DNA of 64,000 bases from Myxococcota bacterium (GTDB lineage: Bacteria > Myxococcota_A > Polyangia > Nannocystales > Nannocystaceae): positions 64,001 through 128,000 of the forward strand of contig JBCCHT010000007.1 in the NCBI GenBank assembly GCA_039028615.1. The letters run 5' to 3'. Below the pieces are notes generated by a model. The model had not been told where the DNA came from, did not search any database, and was given only the letters and a program-made list of their open reading frames with translations. Each line of letters begins with the position of its first letter. Position 1 is the first letter of the stretch. The position numbers and the translations under genes are program-made. Of the stretch, positions 48,034 through 57,079 are shown in pieces.

Positions 48034-49059
48034 ATGCCTTGGTTGAGACTTGCTGCTGCGCTTACGTTGCTCCCCTCCGCCCTGATGCTCGGGGCTTGTG
48101 ATCACCAGGTGGAAGAGCCCGACGAGGACCTGGTCGCCGACGGGGAAGACGAGCCGCTGGACGAGGAGGACAGCGACGGCAGCGAGGAAGACGAGGACGA
48201 GGACGACAACGACGGCCAGGACGACGACACCGACAACGACGACCAGGACGACGACGACACCGGTGGTCCTCCGCCCAGCAACGATCCTCCCGCCCCTCGC
48301 CCGGACGCCGCCGTGCTGTGCGACTTCGACGTGTGGAACGGCTACGAGTGCATGACCGACGACGGTCAGGAGGGCACCAACTACTGCATCATGGTCGACG
48401 GCGAGGAATTCTACACGCCGTGCTCGACCGAGCCCCCCAGCTGCCAGCCGGGCGACGGCTGGGATAAAGGCTGCGTGGGCGAGATCTGCTACTGGGACGG
48501 CGACTCCTTCGAGCGGTACTCGTGGAGCGAGGACGACTGCAACACGCCGCTGGTCGTCAACTTCGAGTCCAGCCCCATCGAGTTCTCCCCCGCCCGGGCC
48601 GCCTCCTTCGATCTGAGCAGCGACGGGAGCTGCATGAGCACCGACTGGCCCACCGCGCCCTGGCTCGCCCTCGATCGCGACGGCGACGGCTTCATCCGCA
48701 GCGGCGCCGAGCTGTTCGGCAGCGCGACCAAGATGTCCTCCGGCGGCTACGCCGAGCATGGCTTCGCCGCGCTGGCCGAGCTCGACAGCAACCGCGACGG
48801 CAAGATCGATCAAAAGGACGATCGCTTCGGCGAGCTGGTGCTGTGGCACGACCTCGACGAAGACCGCGTCGGCGCCTACGGCGAGCTTCAGCCAGTGGCC
48901 CAGACCTCGCTCGTGTCCATCGACCTGAGCTTCGACCGCCGAGCGCAGTGCGACTCGAAGGGCAACTGCGGCTACGAGCGCACCGCCTTCGAGTACCGCA
49001 CCTCGCAGGGTGACGTGGCCACGGGCGAAGTGGTCGACGTGCACGTGGCCTGCCGCTAA
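48034..49059 (+). CDS. Lipoprotein: Asp-rich linker, Cys-rich domain and FrpC self-processing-module-like Ca-binding domain
   Basis: LGAC lipobox; CNTPLVVNF...WLALDRDGDG.I.SGAELFG...HGFAALAELDSN.DG.ID..D..F..L.LW.D. Confidence 0.8.
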   Translation: MPWLRLAAALTLLPSALMLGACDHQVEEPDEDLVADGEDEPLDEEDSDGSEEDEDEDDNDGQDDDTDNDDQDDDDTGGPPPSNDPPAPRPDAAVLCDFDVWNGYECMTDDGQEGTNYCIMVDGEEFYTPCSTEPPSCQPGDGWDKGCVGEICYWDGDSFERYSWSEDDCNTPLVVNFESSPIEFSPARAASFDLSSDGSCMSTDWPTAPWLALDRDGDGFIRSGAELFGSATKMSSGGYAEHGFAALAELDSNRDGKIDQKDDRFGELVLWHDLDEDRVGAYGELQPVAQTSLVSIDLSFDRRAQCDSKGNCGYERTAFEYRTSQGDVATGEVVDVHVACR

Positions 49060-49126
49060 CCGGTCGGTGCCCGAACAAGGCCTGGGTGAGACCTCGCGGT
49101 CCGCCCGGGCCTCGTTGCGTCTGCGC

Positions 49127-49711
49127 TCAGAGCAGCCGATCGAGGCGCTCGACCACGGTCGAGCGGACCTTGGACGACAAGAATACCCCGGGCACGTGGC
49201 GCAGCATCAGCTCCCAGCGGAAGCCCTCGCGCCGGCGATGATCGGACGCGATGTACTGCCGCAGCTCCAGCGCCGACTCGCGGTGAAAAGCCCACAGCAC
49301 GTGCCCGCGCACCTCGATCTGGTAGTGCGCATCGTGAGGCCAGCGCAGCGTATGCCGCCGCCCCAGCCCGCACGACGGGCAGCGCACCGCCCCCGCGTCG
49401 GTGCCGAAGCAGCGGTGACCATTGCGAGGCGGGCGCCAGTGCGACGGCTCGTACCCGGGGGGCAGGTCGGCGATGACCTGCTCGGGCGCCCCGTGGAGGG
49501 TGGCGTGGAACAGCGCCGCCACCCAACGACTGCGGGTGCCTTCGCCGATCGTGCGGCAATCGAAGTGCGAGCTCCGCTCGAAGAACTCGCGCTCGTCCGT
49601 CCGCTTCACCCGCACCGCGGTCGCAAACTCGAAGCGCGCCGGCTCGCCGCACTTCGGACACCGCACGTCGAGCCGATGCGGCATCGGGTTCCAGTCGTAG
49701 GGCCCCGTCAT
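49127..49711 (-). CDS. Hypothetical protein with two CxxC zinc-ribbon motifs
   Basis: VRCPKCG, VRCPSCG, LWAFHRE...L..YI. Confidence 0.7.
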   Translation of the reverse strand: MTGPYDWNPMPHRLDVRCPKCGEPARFEFATAVRVKRTDEREFFERSSHFDCRTIGEGTRSRWVAALFHATLHGAPEQVIADLPPGYEPSHWRPPRNGHRCFGTDAGAVRCPSCGLGRRHTLRWPHDAHYQIEVRGHVLWAFHRESALELRQYIASDHRRREGFRWELMLRHVPGVFLSSKVRSTVVERLDRLL

Positions 49712-49827
49712 CTGCGCTGCCGCCTCGGCCGAGGTCGAGATGAGGGTCGGACGGCCACGGAAACGACGATACGCCGCTCGCAGCACTTTTTCGCAATCGA
49801 AATCGGCGCCCGTCCGCTTTCTCCCGC

Positions 49828-50319
49828 GTGACCCCCCGCCCCTTGCCCCCCGCAGGGCGGTCGGTGTTCGCATTCGTCGTCGGTCTGCTGGTCGCGAGCG
49901 CGCCCGGCTGCCGCGATGACGAAGCCGCGTCCCCCGATCTCCCCCTCGACGCCCCCTGGACCCCCGGCAACGGCGAGTTCGACGACTCCTGCGAGCAGGG
50001 CTGCGAGGAGTTCCTGGAGCTGACCACGCCCCACTCGGGAGAGCTCGATCTGCGCCTCGCCACCGAGCTCGACGATCCCTTGGCGCAGTGGGGCGAGTGC
50101 ATCGGGACCTTCTTCGCGTGCTGGGGCGACGAGCAACGCCCGGTCCCGGAGTGCGTGCAGGCAGCGACCTGCCCCGCCGCGTGCAAGGCCGAGTTCACCC
50201 GCCAAGTGGTCGACGCCGAGGACGAAGAGCAAGAGATCCACGCATTCAACCGCGTGTTCGTGGATGACGACGCGCCCTGCCGGGCCCCCGACGACGACGC
50301 CCCGGAGGCCTCGCCATGA
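49828..50319 (+). CDS. Cys-rich acidic lipoprotein
   Basis: Lipobox-like APGC; 8 further Cys; ATGA overlap with the next gene. Confidence 0.7.
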   Translation: MTPRPLPPAGRSVFAFVVGLLVASAPGCRDDEAASPDLPLDAPWTPGNGEFDDSCEQGCEEFLELTTPHSGELDLRLATELDDPLAQWGECIGTFFACWGDEQRPVPECVQAATCPAACKAEFTRQVVDAEDEEQEIHAFNRVFVDDDAPCRAPDDDAPEASP

Positions 50320-53300
50320 AACGCATCGCGCATGCCACCGCCGTCCTGGCCGTGCTGTCGACCCAGGTCGGCTGGGACACCCAGACGGTCGGTCCGGCCA
50401 ACAACCAGTGGGAATCGCTGTACATCTTTCCGCCCGAGACCAGCTCGCCCGGCGACCGCTTCTATCTCGGCATCCCCCAAGAACCGTCGCTGGTCACGGG
50501 CAACGAGCACACCGAGCTGAGCCACATCGCGATCCAGCAGCTGGGGTGGACGCAGCTGTACGGGGAGCTGCCCGCGGTGATCGACCTCAACGAGTCGGTC
50601 TATCGCCGCCACCAGCTGCAGGTCCCGGTGAGCCCCGGCTTCAGCGACGCCTACGGAGACGTCACCGACACCGGGCTCACCGAGCGCGCCATTCCCCATC
50701 CGGCTCGGTTCTCCGGGACCGCCGACTACAGCTACACCGTTGCCGACTGGCTCAACAAAAATCAGTTCTGCCCCGCGCTGCCCGAGGGCGTGCCCCAACG
50801 CGACGAGTGCCACACCTTCGAATACTGGCTGGGCGCGGTGTTCAACTCGAGCCACTTCGGCGACCAGGCCACCGCGGTCTACAAGCACTATCACCGCATC
50901 GCGATGGCGTTGGCTCGCAACGCCCAGTTCATGGGCGCGCAGCTCGAGGCCGCGATCGACCAGGGCCGCGCCGACCAGACCGAGCTCGAGGCCTACGTCC
51001 GCGAGGCGGAGCTCGAGGCGTTGATCTACGAGGGCTACGCCCAGCACTACCTGCAAGACCGCTGGTCTTCGGGGCACATGTGGAACCGGTGGAACGCACC
51101 GAGCTACGAAGCCCAGGAGGCACCGATCCGCGAAGAGGCCGAGCTGTCGCCCCACCGGGTGACGGGGCTGGTCTCGGGGATGATCCACGGCGGCGAGGCG
51201 AAACTGAAGAACCTGGCACTCGCCGGCGTGGGGCTGCCCCGCGAGCTGGTGGCCGACCCGATGTGCTCGCCCGTCATCGGCAAGGACGCGCAGGGCAACG
51301 ACGCCGCGCTGGGGGTCGACCACGTCGACCGGGTGTGTGCGGACTCGGGGGCGAACCTCGCCAGCTGCACCGATCCGGGGGTCGGCGACTACCGCCTCCG
51401 CGACATGATGCGATCGCAGTTCGGGGCCAGCTACTACGGGCAGGACTACCCGCTGGACGTGGACGGCCAGCGCACCGAGATGCTGGCGTGCTCGACCGCG
51501 GGCTGGGCCGACGTCGCCAGCCAGTTCCACGACGACGGCTCCGGCCGCTACGGCACCTTCGACCTGACGCTTCCTTCCGGCACGGCCCGCTTCACCGACA
51601 GCAGCCTCGACGAGGTCCAGGTCGGCGGGGCGCGGGTGCGTTGCTGGGACCAGTGGGCCACCAACACCGCGATGAGCCAGGGCCGGGCGCTCCGGGTCGT
51701 GCTCGGTGCCGCCTACCTCGGCCGCGTGGTCGTCCGCTTCGGGCCTCGCTTCTCTCGACTGCTGAAGTTGGTGAAGGGCCAGGACCTCGTCCACCTGTAC
51801 GAGCAGATGATCCTGGCCCGCAACCGCGATCCAAACGGCACCACGCTGGCCCGCAACTGGCAGCCGGATCCCCCCGGTCCCTTCGTCAGCAACAACTACG
51901 GCCTGCTCTCGCTGCAAGGCAGCAAGCCCGGAGGCGAGTACGTCGACGCCATCCCGGCCGCCTACCACGAGCCGGTCGACGGCGGGACCAGTACGCCCTT
52001 CGACGAGCTTCCCGACCAGAGCGACGCCTACGGCACCGCGTGGAGCCACACCGAAGAGCGCACGGAAGAAGCCGCCCGTCCCGGTCTGGACAAGCACACG
52101 ATCTACGGGTTCTTCAACAAGGCCCATAGCCACTACTGGTGCGCCGAGGCGGGGAACAAGCTGCCCTGGAACGACGAGGTCGACCTGTTCCTCACCGGCG
52201 ACGACGACGAGCGCACGCACCCGCGGCAAGGCATGCGCATGCCGGTTCCGCGCCCCGAGGAGGCCAAGGAGCAAGGCGAGACCCTGCGTCGACTCGATGC
52301 CTGCGTGCTCATGGCCGACCGCCTCTACCAGGGCACCCGAGCGTTCTATATGCCCGAAGGGGAGCGAGAGTACCTGGGCGAGTCGGCCGAGTCTCGCCGG
52401 GTGGAGCACGGAGGCGTGGGCCGCCCCGAGGTCGATGCGCCGTGCTCCGTGTTCGCCGACGTCGAGTTCCCCGGCTGGGAGGACAACCCCCGGGACCTGC
52501 ACCCCGGCTATGTCGTCGCCACCGACCCCGAAGACGCGGACAGTGGCCCCTACCTCCAGCGAGAACGCTACGACCACGCCTACTACGAGAGCATCGCCAA
52601 CTGGTGCCGGGCCCTTCCCGTGGTCAACGTCGACACCAACGACATGGCGGTCGACGAGTCCGGCGTTTCGCTCAACGTGAGGCCGGGCATCACCGAGTCG
52701 GGCGAGGTGTCCTTCGCGGATTCCGTGCTCAACCCCCACGTCACCTTGCGCGGGTACAACTTCGGCGACATCGAGGGCCGCGTGCGTCTCGACAGCATCA
52801 ATGGCTGCGTCGACGTGGTCAACGTCTCGCCCTTGGCCGACATCGTGTCGTGGAGCGACCGCGAGATCACCATTTCGGTCGACAACACCCGCTTCATTCC
52901 CGACCTCTACGACATCACGATCATCCGGGACGACCGCAACGAGGACGGCGGACGCGTCCGCTCCGTGGGCCGAGCCCGCCTGGACATCTCGGTGGCGGTG
53001 TTCACCGACGTCGCCAGCCCCGGCGCTCCCCTGCCTCCAGCGAGCAGTAACCAGCCCTTCCGCGCGATCCATCCCTACTGCGACGGTGGCGTGCCCTTCC
53101 GTCACGAGATCTGGGACTGCACGGAGCTCGCCACGACTCAGCTGGTGGACTGCGGCGACGACCAGGTCGGCGCGGGCACCCGCCTGTGGAACGACGAGGG
53201 GCCCTTCGACCCGCAGCCCGGGCCCTGGGACGAGCACACGTGGACGGTCGACCAGGTCGGCACCTGCGAAGACATGTTCTTCCCCTCCGCGGCGTGCCCC

Positions 53301-53420
53301 GACCACGTGCCCGCCTACTACGGGCTCACCTATCGCTTCGACCGTCTGAGCAACGACCCCATCACGGCCACCGATCGCACCTGGAGGTTCGTCCTCGGGT
53401 GGGCTCGGCCCGGCCTCTAG
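50316..53420 (+). CDS. Large secreted protein: Zn-dependent phospholipase C/P1-like domain, IPT/TIG-like domain, Cys-rich C-terminus
   Basis: Signal peptide; GNEH, NSSHFG, EGYAQHYLQDRWSSGH; IPT-like VTLRGYNFG..G.V...IVSWSDREITISV. Confidence 0.7.
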   Translation: MKRIAHATAVLAVLSTQVGWDTQTVGPANNQWESLYIFPPETSSPGDRFYLGIPQEPSLVTGNEHTELSHIAIQQLGWTQLYGELPAVIDLNESVYRRHQLQVPVSPGFSDAYGDVTDTGLTERAIPHPARFSGTADYSYTVADWLNKNQFCPALPEGVPQRDECHTFEYWLGAVFNSSHFGDQATAVYKHYHRIAMALARNAQFMGAQLEAAIDQGRADQTELEAYVREAELEALIYEGYAQHYLQDRWSSGHMWNRWNAPSYEAQEAPIREEAELSPHRVTGLVSGMIHGGEAKLKNLALAGVGLPRELVADPMCSPVIGKDAQGNDAALGVDHVDRVCADSGANLASCTDPGVGDYRLRDMMRSQFGASYYGQDYPLDVDGQRTEMLACSTAGWADVASQFHDDGSGRYGTFDLTLPSGTARFTDSSLDEVQVGGARVRCWDQWATNTAMSQGRALRVVLGAAYLGRVVVRFGPRFSRLLKLVKGQDLVHLYEQMILARNRDPNGTTLARNWQPDPPGPFVSNNYGLLSLQGSKPGGEYVDAIPAAYHEPVDGGTSTPFDELPDQSDAYGTAWSHTEERTEEAARPGLDKHTIYGFFNKAHSHYWCAEAGNKLPWNDEVDLFLTGDDDERTHPRQGMRMPVPRPEEAKEQGETLRRLDACVLMADRLYQGTRAFYMPEGEREYLGESAESRRVEHGGVGRPEVDAPCSVFADVEFPGWEDNPRDLHPGYVVATDPEDADSGPYLQRERYDHAYYESIANWCRALPVVNVDTNDMAVDESGVSLNVRPGITESGEVSFADSVLNPHVTLRGYNFGDIEGRVRLDSINGCVDVVNVSPLADIVSWSDREITISVDNTRFIPDLYDITIIRDDRNEDGGRVRSVGRARLDISVAVFTDVASPGAPLPPASSNQPFRAIHPYCDGGVPFRHEIWDCTELATTQLVDCGDDQVGAGTRLWNDEGPFDPQPGPWDEHTWTVDQVGTCEDMFFPSAACPDHVPAYYGLTYRFDRLSNDPITATDRTWRFVLGWARPGL

Positions 53421-53456
53421 TCCCCCTCTTTGCCCCCCTCACCACGAGACCCCACC

Positions 53457-53915
53457 ATGACCGTACAACGCCCCCTCCTGTCCCTCACCGCTGCCCTCTG
53501 CTTCACTCTCGCGACCGCGTCCGGTTGTGGCGACGACAGCAGCACGGGTGACGATGCCGCCAACGCGTCGACCGGCAGTGCCGACACCGATGCCACGCCC
53601 ACCCCCGCGGAGACTCCGGCCTCCACGGGTGACCCCGGCTCCACGGGCGATCCCAGCTCCACCGAGTCCACGGGCGACCCCGCGGGCGAGTCCACCGGAG
53701 CCGCCTGCGGTCCCGCTCAGCTATGCGCCCGCACGATCAACGAATGCGAGATCGAGCTGACCCAGCCGCAGTGTGAAGGCTGGTATGCCGACCCCGCCCA
53801 GCACATGTGTGCCGACATCGAAGGCTACACCTCGTGCAACTGCGGCTGCATCGACGAGCCCACCTGCGACGCCTACTTCGAGTGCGGCATGCTGTGCTTC
53901 GAGGACTTCTGCTAA
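53457..53915 (+). CDS. Lipoprotein with ST-rich linker and Cys-rich C-terminal domain
   Basis: ASGC lipobox, STG repeats, about 12 Cys. Confidence 0.75.
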   Translation: MTVQRPLLSLTAALCFTLATASGCGDDSSTGDDAANASTGSADTDATPTPAETPASTGDPGSTGDPSSTESTGDPAGESTGAACGPAQLCARTINECEIELTQPQCEGWYADPAQHMCADIEGYTSCNCGCIDEPTCDAYFECGMLCFEDFC

Positions 53916-53919
53916 CAAG

Positions 53920-54813
53920 TCACTGGCAGGCGAGGTGGAGGTCGACGATCTCGCCCGTCCGCACCGCACCGTGGTCGTCGATGAAGGTGAAGCTCGCCCG
54001 CTCGACGCCACAGTTGCCCCGGCCGTCGCACTGCGAGTGCACGCGATAGCCGAGCTCCAGCTCGAGGATCTGGTAGTGCGCCAGAGGCTCGGTCTCCGCG
54101 AAGGTCGAGCGCCGGTCCTGGTCGTGGTCTCCCCACAGCACCAGCTCCGAGAACCGTGAGTCCAGCGGAGTGATGCGACCGTCGCCGTCTTCGTCGAGCT
54201 CGGCCAAGGCGACGAACCCATGGGGTGCCCGCTCACCGCTACCGAGCCGGGTCCCCGAACCGAACAGCTCGCGCCCGGAGTCGATCGAGCCGTTGCCGTC
54301 GCGATCGAGCGCGAGCCAAGGGGTCTGCGCCGCGGGCCAGTCGGTGGTGATACAGCCGCCCGTGCCGTCGAGATCGAAGGTGGCGGCCCCGGCCGCGTTC
54401 ATGCGCGCGGGCAGGCCATCGAAGGACAGCACCAGCGGCGTATTGCAGCCCGCGAATTCGTCTCGGTTCGAGTCCCAGTGCGGCACGCCGCTGTAGAGGT
54501 CGCAGGTCTCGAACAGGCCGGCGGTCTGCTCGCTGTTGCCGCAGCTGCGGGACTCTCCTGGCTGACAGTTGACGAATTCGAGGCACTCGCCCCACTCGTC
54601 GCGCTCGATGCCGTCACGAATGAGGCCGTCGCAGAACTGCGTGCCTTCTTCTCCGTCGGGGAGCGCACAGGCGCGCTGCTCCCCCACCTTTTCGCAGGCT
54701 TCATGCCGAGGCGTCTGCTCCTCGCTGCCGTCGACGACCACATCGCAGGCGAGCAAGAGCGAGCTGCCCAGGCACAGGGCGGCGGAGAACCGAATCGAAG
54801 TCATCGAGGTCAT
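53920..54813 (-). CDS. Lipoprotein with Cys-rich domain and FrpC SPM-like domain (paralogue of 48034)
   Basis: LLAC lipobox; CNTPLVLSF...WLALDRDGNGSIDSGRELFG...HGFVALAELDEDGDG. Confidence 0.8.
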   Translation of the reverse strand: MTSMTSIRFSAALCLGSSLLLACDVVVDGSEEQTPRHEACEKVGEQRACALPDGEEGTQFCDGLIRDGIERDEWGECLEFVNCQPGESRSCGNSEQTAGLFETCDLYSGVPHWDSNRDEFAGCNTPLVLSFDGLPARMNAAGAATFDLDGTGGCITTDWPAAQTPWLALDRDGNGSIDSGRELFGSGTRLGSGERAPHGFVALAELDEDGDGRITPLDSRFSELVLWGDHDQDRRSTFAETEPLAHYQILELELGYRVHSQCDGRGNCGVERASFTFIDDHGAVRTGEIVDLHLACQ

Positions 54814-54908
54814 GGCAAGTCTCTAAGGCGTACGTGAATGCGAGCCCTCGAGCTCGCCTTCTACTTCCACGAGTACCCACCAACCGCCAATCGATCGCTT
54901 CGCCCCCT

Positions 54909-54994
54909 GAAAAACGAAATGCCCGTGGCCGCTGTCCAAAAAGCGGCCACGGACGGCGTCTAGGCGCCGAAGAGCGCGACGAACGCCTAGACGC
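54909..54994 (-). terminator. Two 11-bp perfect hairpins with U-rich tail (intrinsic terminator of the 55009 gene)
   Basis: GCGTCTAGGCG/CGCCTAGACGC (54956-54994) and CCGTGGCCGCT/AGCGGCCACGG (54923-54952), then ATTTCGTTTTTC on the minus strand. Confidence 0.7.
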
Positions 54995-55008
54995 GAGGCG
55001 GCTCGACA

Positions 55009-55512
55009 TCAAAAGTCGATGGGATTGATGCCTTCCTCGCCGCCAGGGCCTTCCTCACCGGCCGAGACTCCGCCGGTCGCGGTCGTCGTGGTCGTGGTCG
55101 TCGTGGTGCTGCTGGTGCTGGACGTGCTCGAGTTCATCGTGGTGCTGCTGGATGTGCTCGTGCCCGTCGTTCCCGTGCTGGTCCCACCGCCGCACGTTCC
55201 GAACGGATCACACTCGGCACACCACACGCCCCACGGCAAGATGATGCAGTCGTAGCAGCAGACCTCGGCCACGTCCTGGTCGGCGACCAGCTCGTCCGAG
55301 CCCGGCATGGAGATGGGCTCACCGTCCTCGTCGAAGAACATGACTTCGGACAGCTCCACTTCCATCGGCTCGCTGTTTTCCTCGGTGAGGACGATGGCCG
55401 AGTGGTCCTCCGTGTAGCGAGCGGAGACCTCCTCCATGGAGCTCCCGAAGTCACACGCGAGATACAGGCCACCGATGGCTACGACGGCAGCCAGCTTGGT
55501 CAAACTATGCAT
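55009..55512 (-). CDS. Acidic lipoprotein with a 6-Cys mini-domain and Ser/Thr-rich tail
   Basis: GAGGA RBS; YLAC lipobox; CCYDCIILPWGVWCAECDPFGTC. Confidence 0.7.
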   Translation of the reverse strand: MHSLTKLAAVVAIGGLYLACDFGSSMEEVSARYTEDHSAIVLTEENSEPMEVELSEVMFFDEDGEPISMPGSDELVADQDVAEVCCYDCIILPWGVWCAECDPFGTCGGGTSTGTTGTSTSSSTTMNSSTSSTSSTTTTTTTTTATGGVSAGEEGPGGEEGINPIDF

Positions 55513-55701
55513 TGGTTGTTTCCTCAATTACGCCGGAGAGGGCGGAGACACTGGACGCACCCGGCCATACGCACAGCGCCGAACCCATCGCCTCACGGAA
55601 TCCAACACCCGCGCCGCGAAGGTTCCGTTGGCTTTCGTGGCGGCGATTCGAAAACTGACTGCGGGCCCACTTCGGGCCTCAGCGAAGGCGGGACGAACGA
55701 T

Positions 55702-57048
55702 TCATCCCTCGCCGACGAGGCGCGCTTGCATTCGAAGCCGCAGTCCGCTCCGAGGCCGCGGGAACGGCAGGTAGCGGTAGCGAAGGTCCTGCCCGTCCGC
55801 GAGCGCCCAGTCGTACTCGCGGAGCAGCTTCGCCAGCACGATCTGCATCTGGATCATCGCGAAGTGCTCGCCGATGCAGCGCCGCGGACCGCCACCGAAG
55901 GCGATGAACGCAAAGGGGTGCTGCTCGTGCTCGGCCCGAGGCGCTCGCCACCGCGAAGGATCGAAGCGCTCGGGCTCCGGCCACACCGACTCGTCGCGAT
56001 GGGCTCCGCTCGGGCTCATCAGCGCGACCATGCCCCGGCGGAGGCGAAAGCCGCCGTACTCGGTGTCGGCGATGAACTCTCGAAACGCGCCGCCGATCGG
56101 GGGCACGACCCGCATGCTCTCGTTGAGGACCGACTCGAGCACGGGCATCGAGCGCAGGGCGTCGAGGTCGAAGGGCGCATCCCCGCGAGCGTCCTGCTCG
56201 GCCCGGGCCTCGGCCAGCACCTCGGGATGCTGCAGCAGATGGACCAGGACGTTGGTGAGCGCGGTGACCGTGGTGTCGTGCCCTGCGAACATCAACAGCT
56301 GGATCTCGTCGACGATGGTGGTGTGCGGGAGGGGCTGGCCGTCTTCGTCGCGCAGCTCGAGCAGGGTCCCCAGCACGTCCACCCCGGTCTGGGGCCGCCC
56401 CGCCCGACGCTCCACCTCCGCCCCGATCGCCGCGAAGAGGCGCTCCCGGGCGCTCATGGCCCGGGCGAAGGCAGTGCCCGGAATACGCCACGGCAGGGGG
56501 ACGAACATGCCCTCCACCCAGTGGTCGAAGTCGGCGCTGAGCCGGGGCAGGTCGAGCGCATCGAGCTCGCCGAAGATGTGCCGCGCGGCGACCTCGAAGG
56601 CCAGGCGCTTGAAGCGATCGACGGCGACCGTCTCGCCCTCGTGCTCGGCCCAGCGCCGCAGGTGCTCCTCGCTGACCCGCACGATCGGCTCGACCCACGG
56701 ACCCATGCCCGCGCGGCGAAAGTGCGGCCCGAGTACGCGCCGCCGGGCCCGATGGGCGTCGCCCACCAGCATCGCCATGCTCTGCGCCCCCAACAGCCGC
56801 AGGATGGCGGGGCTCCACTTGTTGCGGAGCACCTTGCCCTCGTTGGCGAAGATGAAGCGGCTGGCCTCGGGCCCCAGCAGGGCCACCAGGCGCATCCCCA
56901 GCACCCGCGCCTGAAAGACCGATCCGAACTGCTCGCGACGGCGCGCCACGAAGCCGAGCGGGTCGCGTACGAACTCGATGGTCTCGCCCACCAGGGGCAG
57001 GCTGGGTCGCCGGGGCGGGAGCGGTCGCTCGTTCGTCACGTCGTTCAT
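55702..57048 (-). CDS. Cytochrome P450 (CYP120/CYP26-like)
   Basis: LPLVGET, AGHDTT, ESMR, PERFDP, FGGGPRRCIG. Confidence 0.93.
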   Translation of the reverse strand: MNDVTNERPLPPRRPSLPLVGETIEFVRDPLGFVARRREQFGSVFQARVLGMRLVALLGPEASRFIFANEGKVLRNKWSPAILRLLGAQSMAMLVGDAHRARRRVLGPHFRRAGMGPWVEPIVRVSEEHLRRWAEHEGETVAVDRFKRLAFEVAARHIFGELDALDLPRLSADFDHWVEGMFVPLPWRIPGTAFARAMSARERLFAAIGAEVERRAGRPQTGVDVLGTLLELRDEDGQPLPHTTIVDEIQLLMFAGHDTTVTALTNVLVHLLQHPEVLAEARAEQDARGDAPFDLDALRSMPVLESVLNESMRVVPPIGGAFREFIADTEYGGFRLRRGMVALMSPSGAHRDESVWPEPERFDPSRWRAPRAEHEQHPFAFIAFGGGPRRCIGEHFAMIQMQIVLAKLLREYDWALADGQDLRYRYLPFPRPRSGLRLRMQARLVGEG

Positions 57049-57079
57049 CGCGGACCCGACCTGGGCTCGACCCGGCCGA

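Noticed and set aside
49056..53306. Very long antisense ORFs (1416 aa here; also 25839-29441, 34439-36988 and others)
   Set aside because: Shadow ORFs expected opposite real genes in high-GC DNA; no motifs.
55009..57048. P450 + WxxW peptide as a P450-crosslinked RiPP cluster
   Set aside because: The P450 looks CYP120/CYP26-like and follows the Sua5/YciO gene; the peptide is a 167-aa lipoprotein rather than a short precursor.
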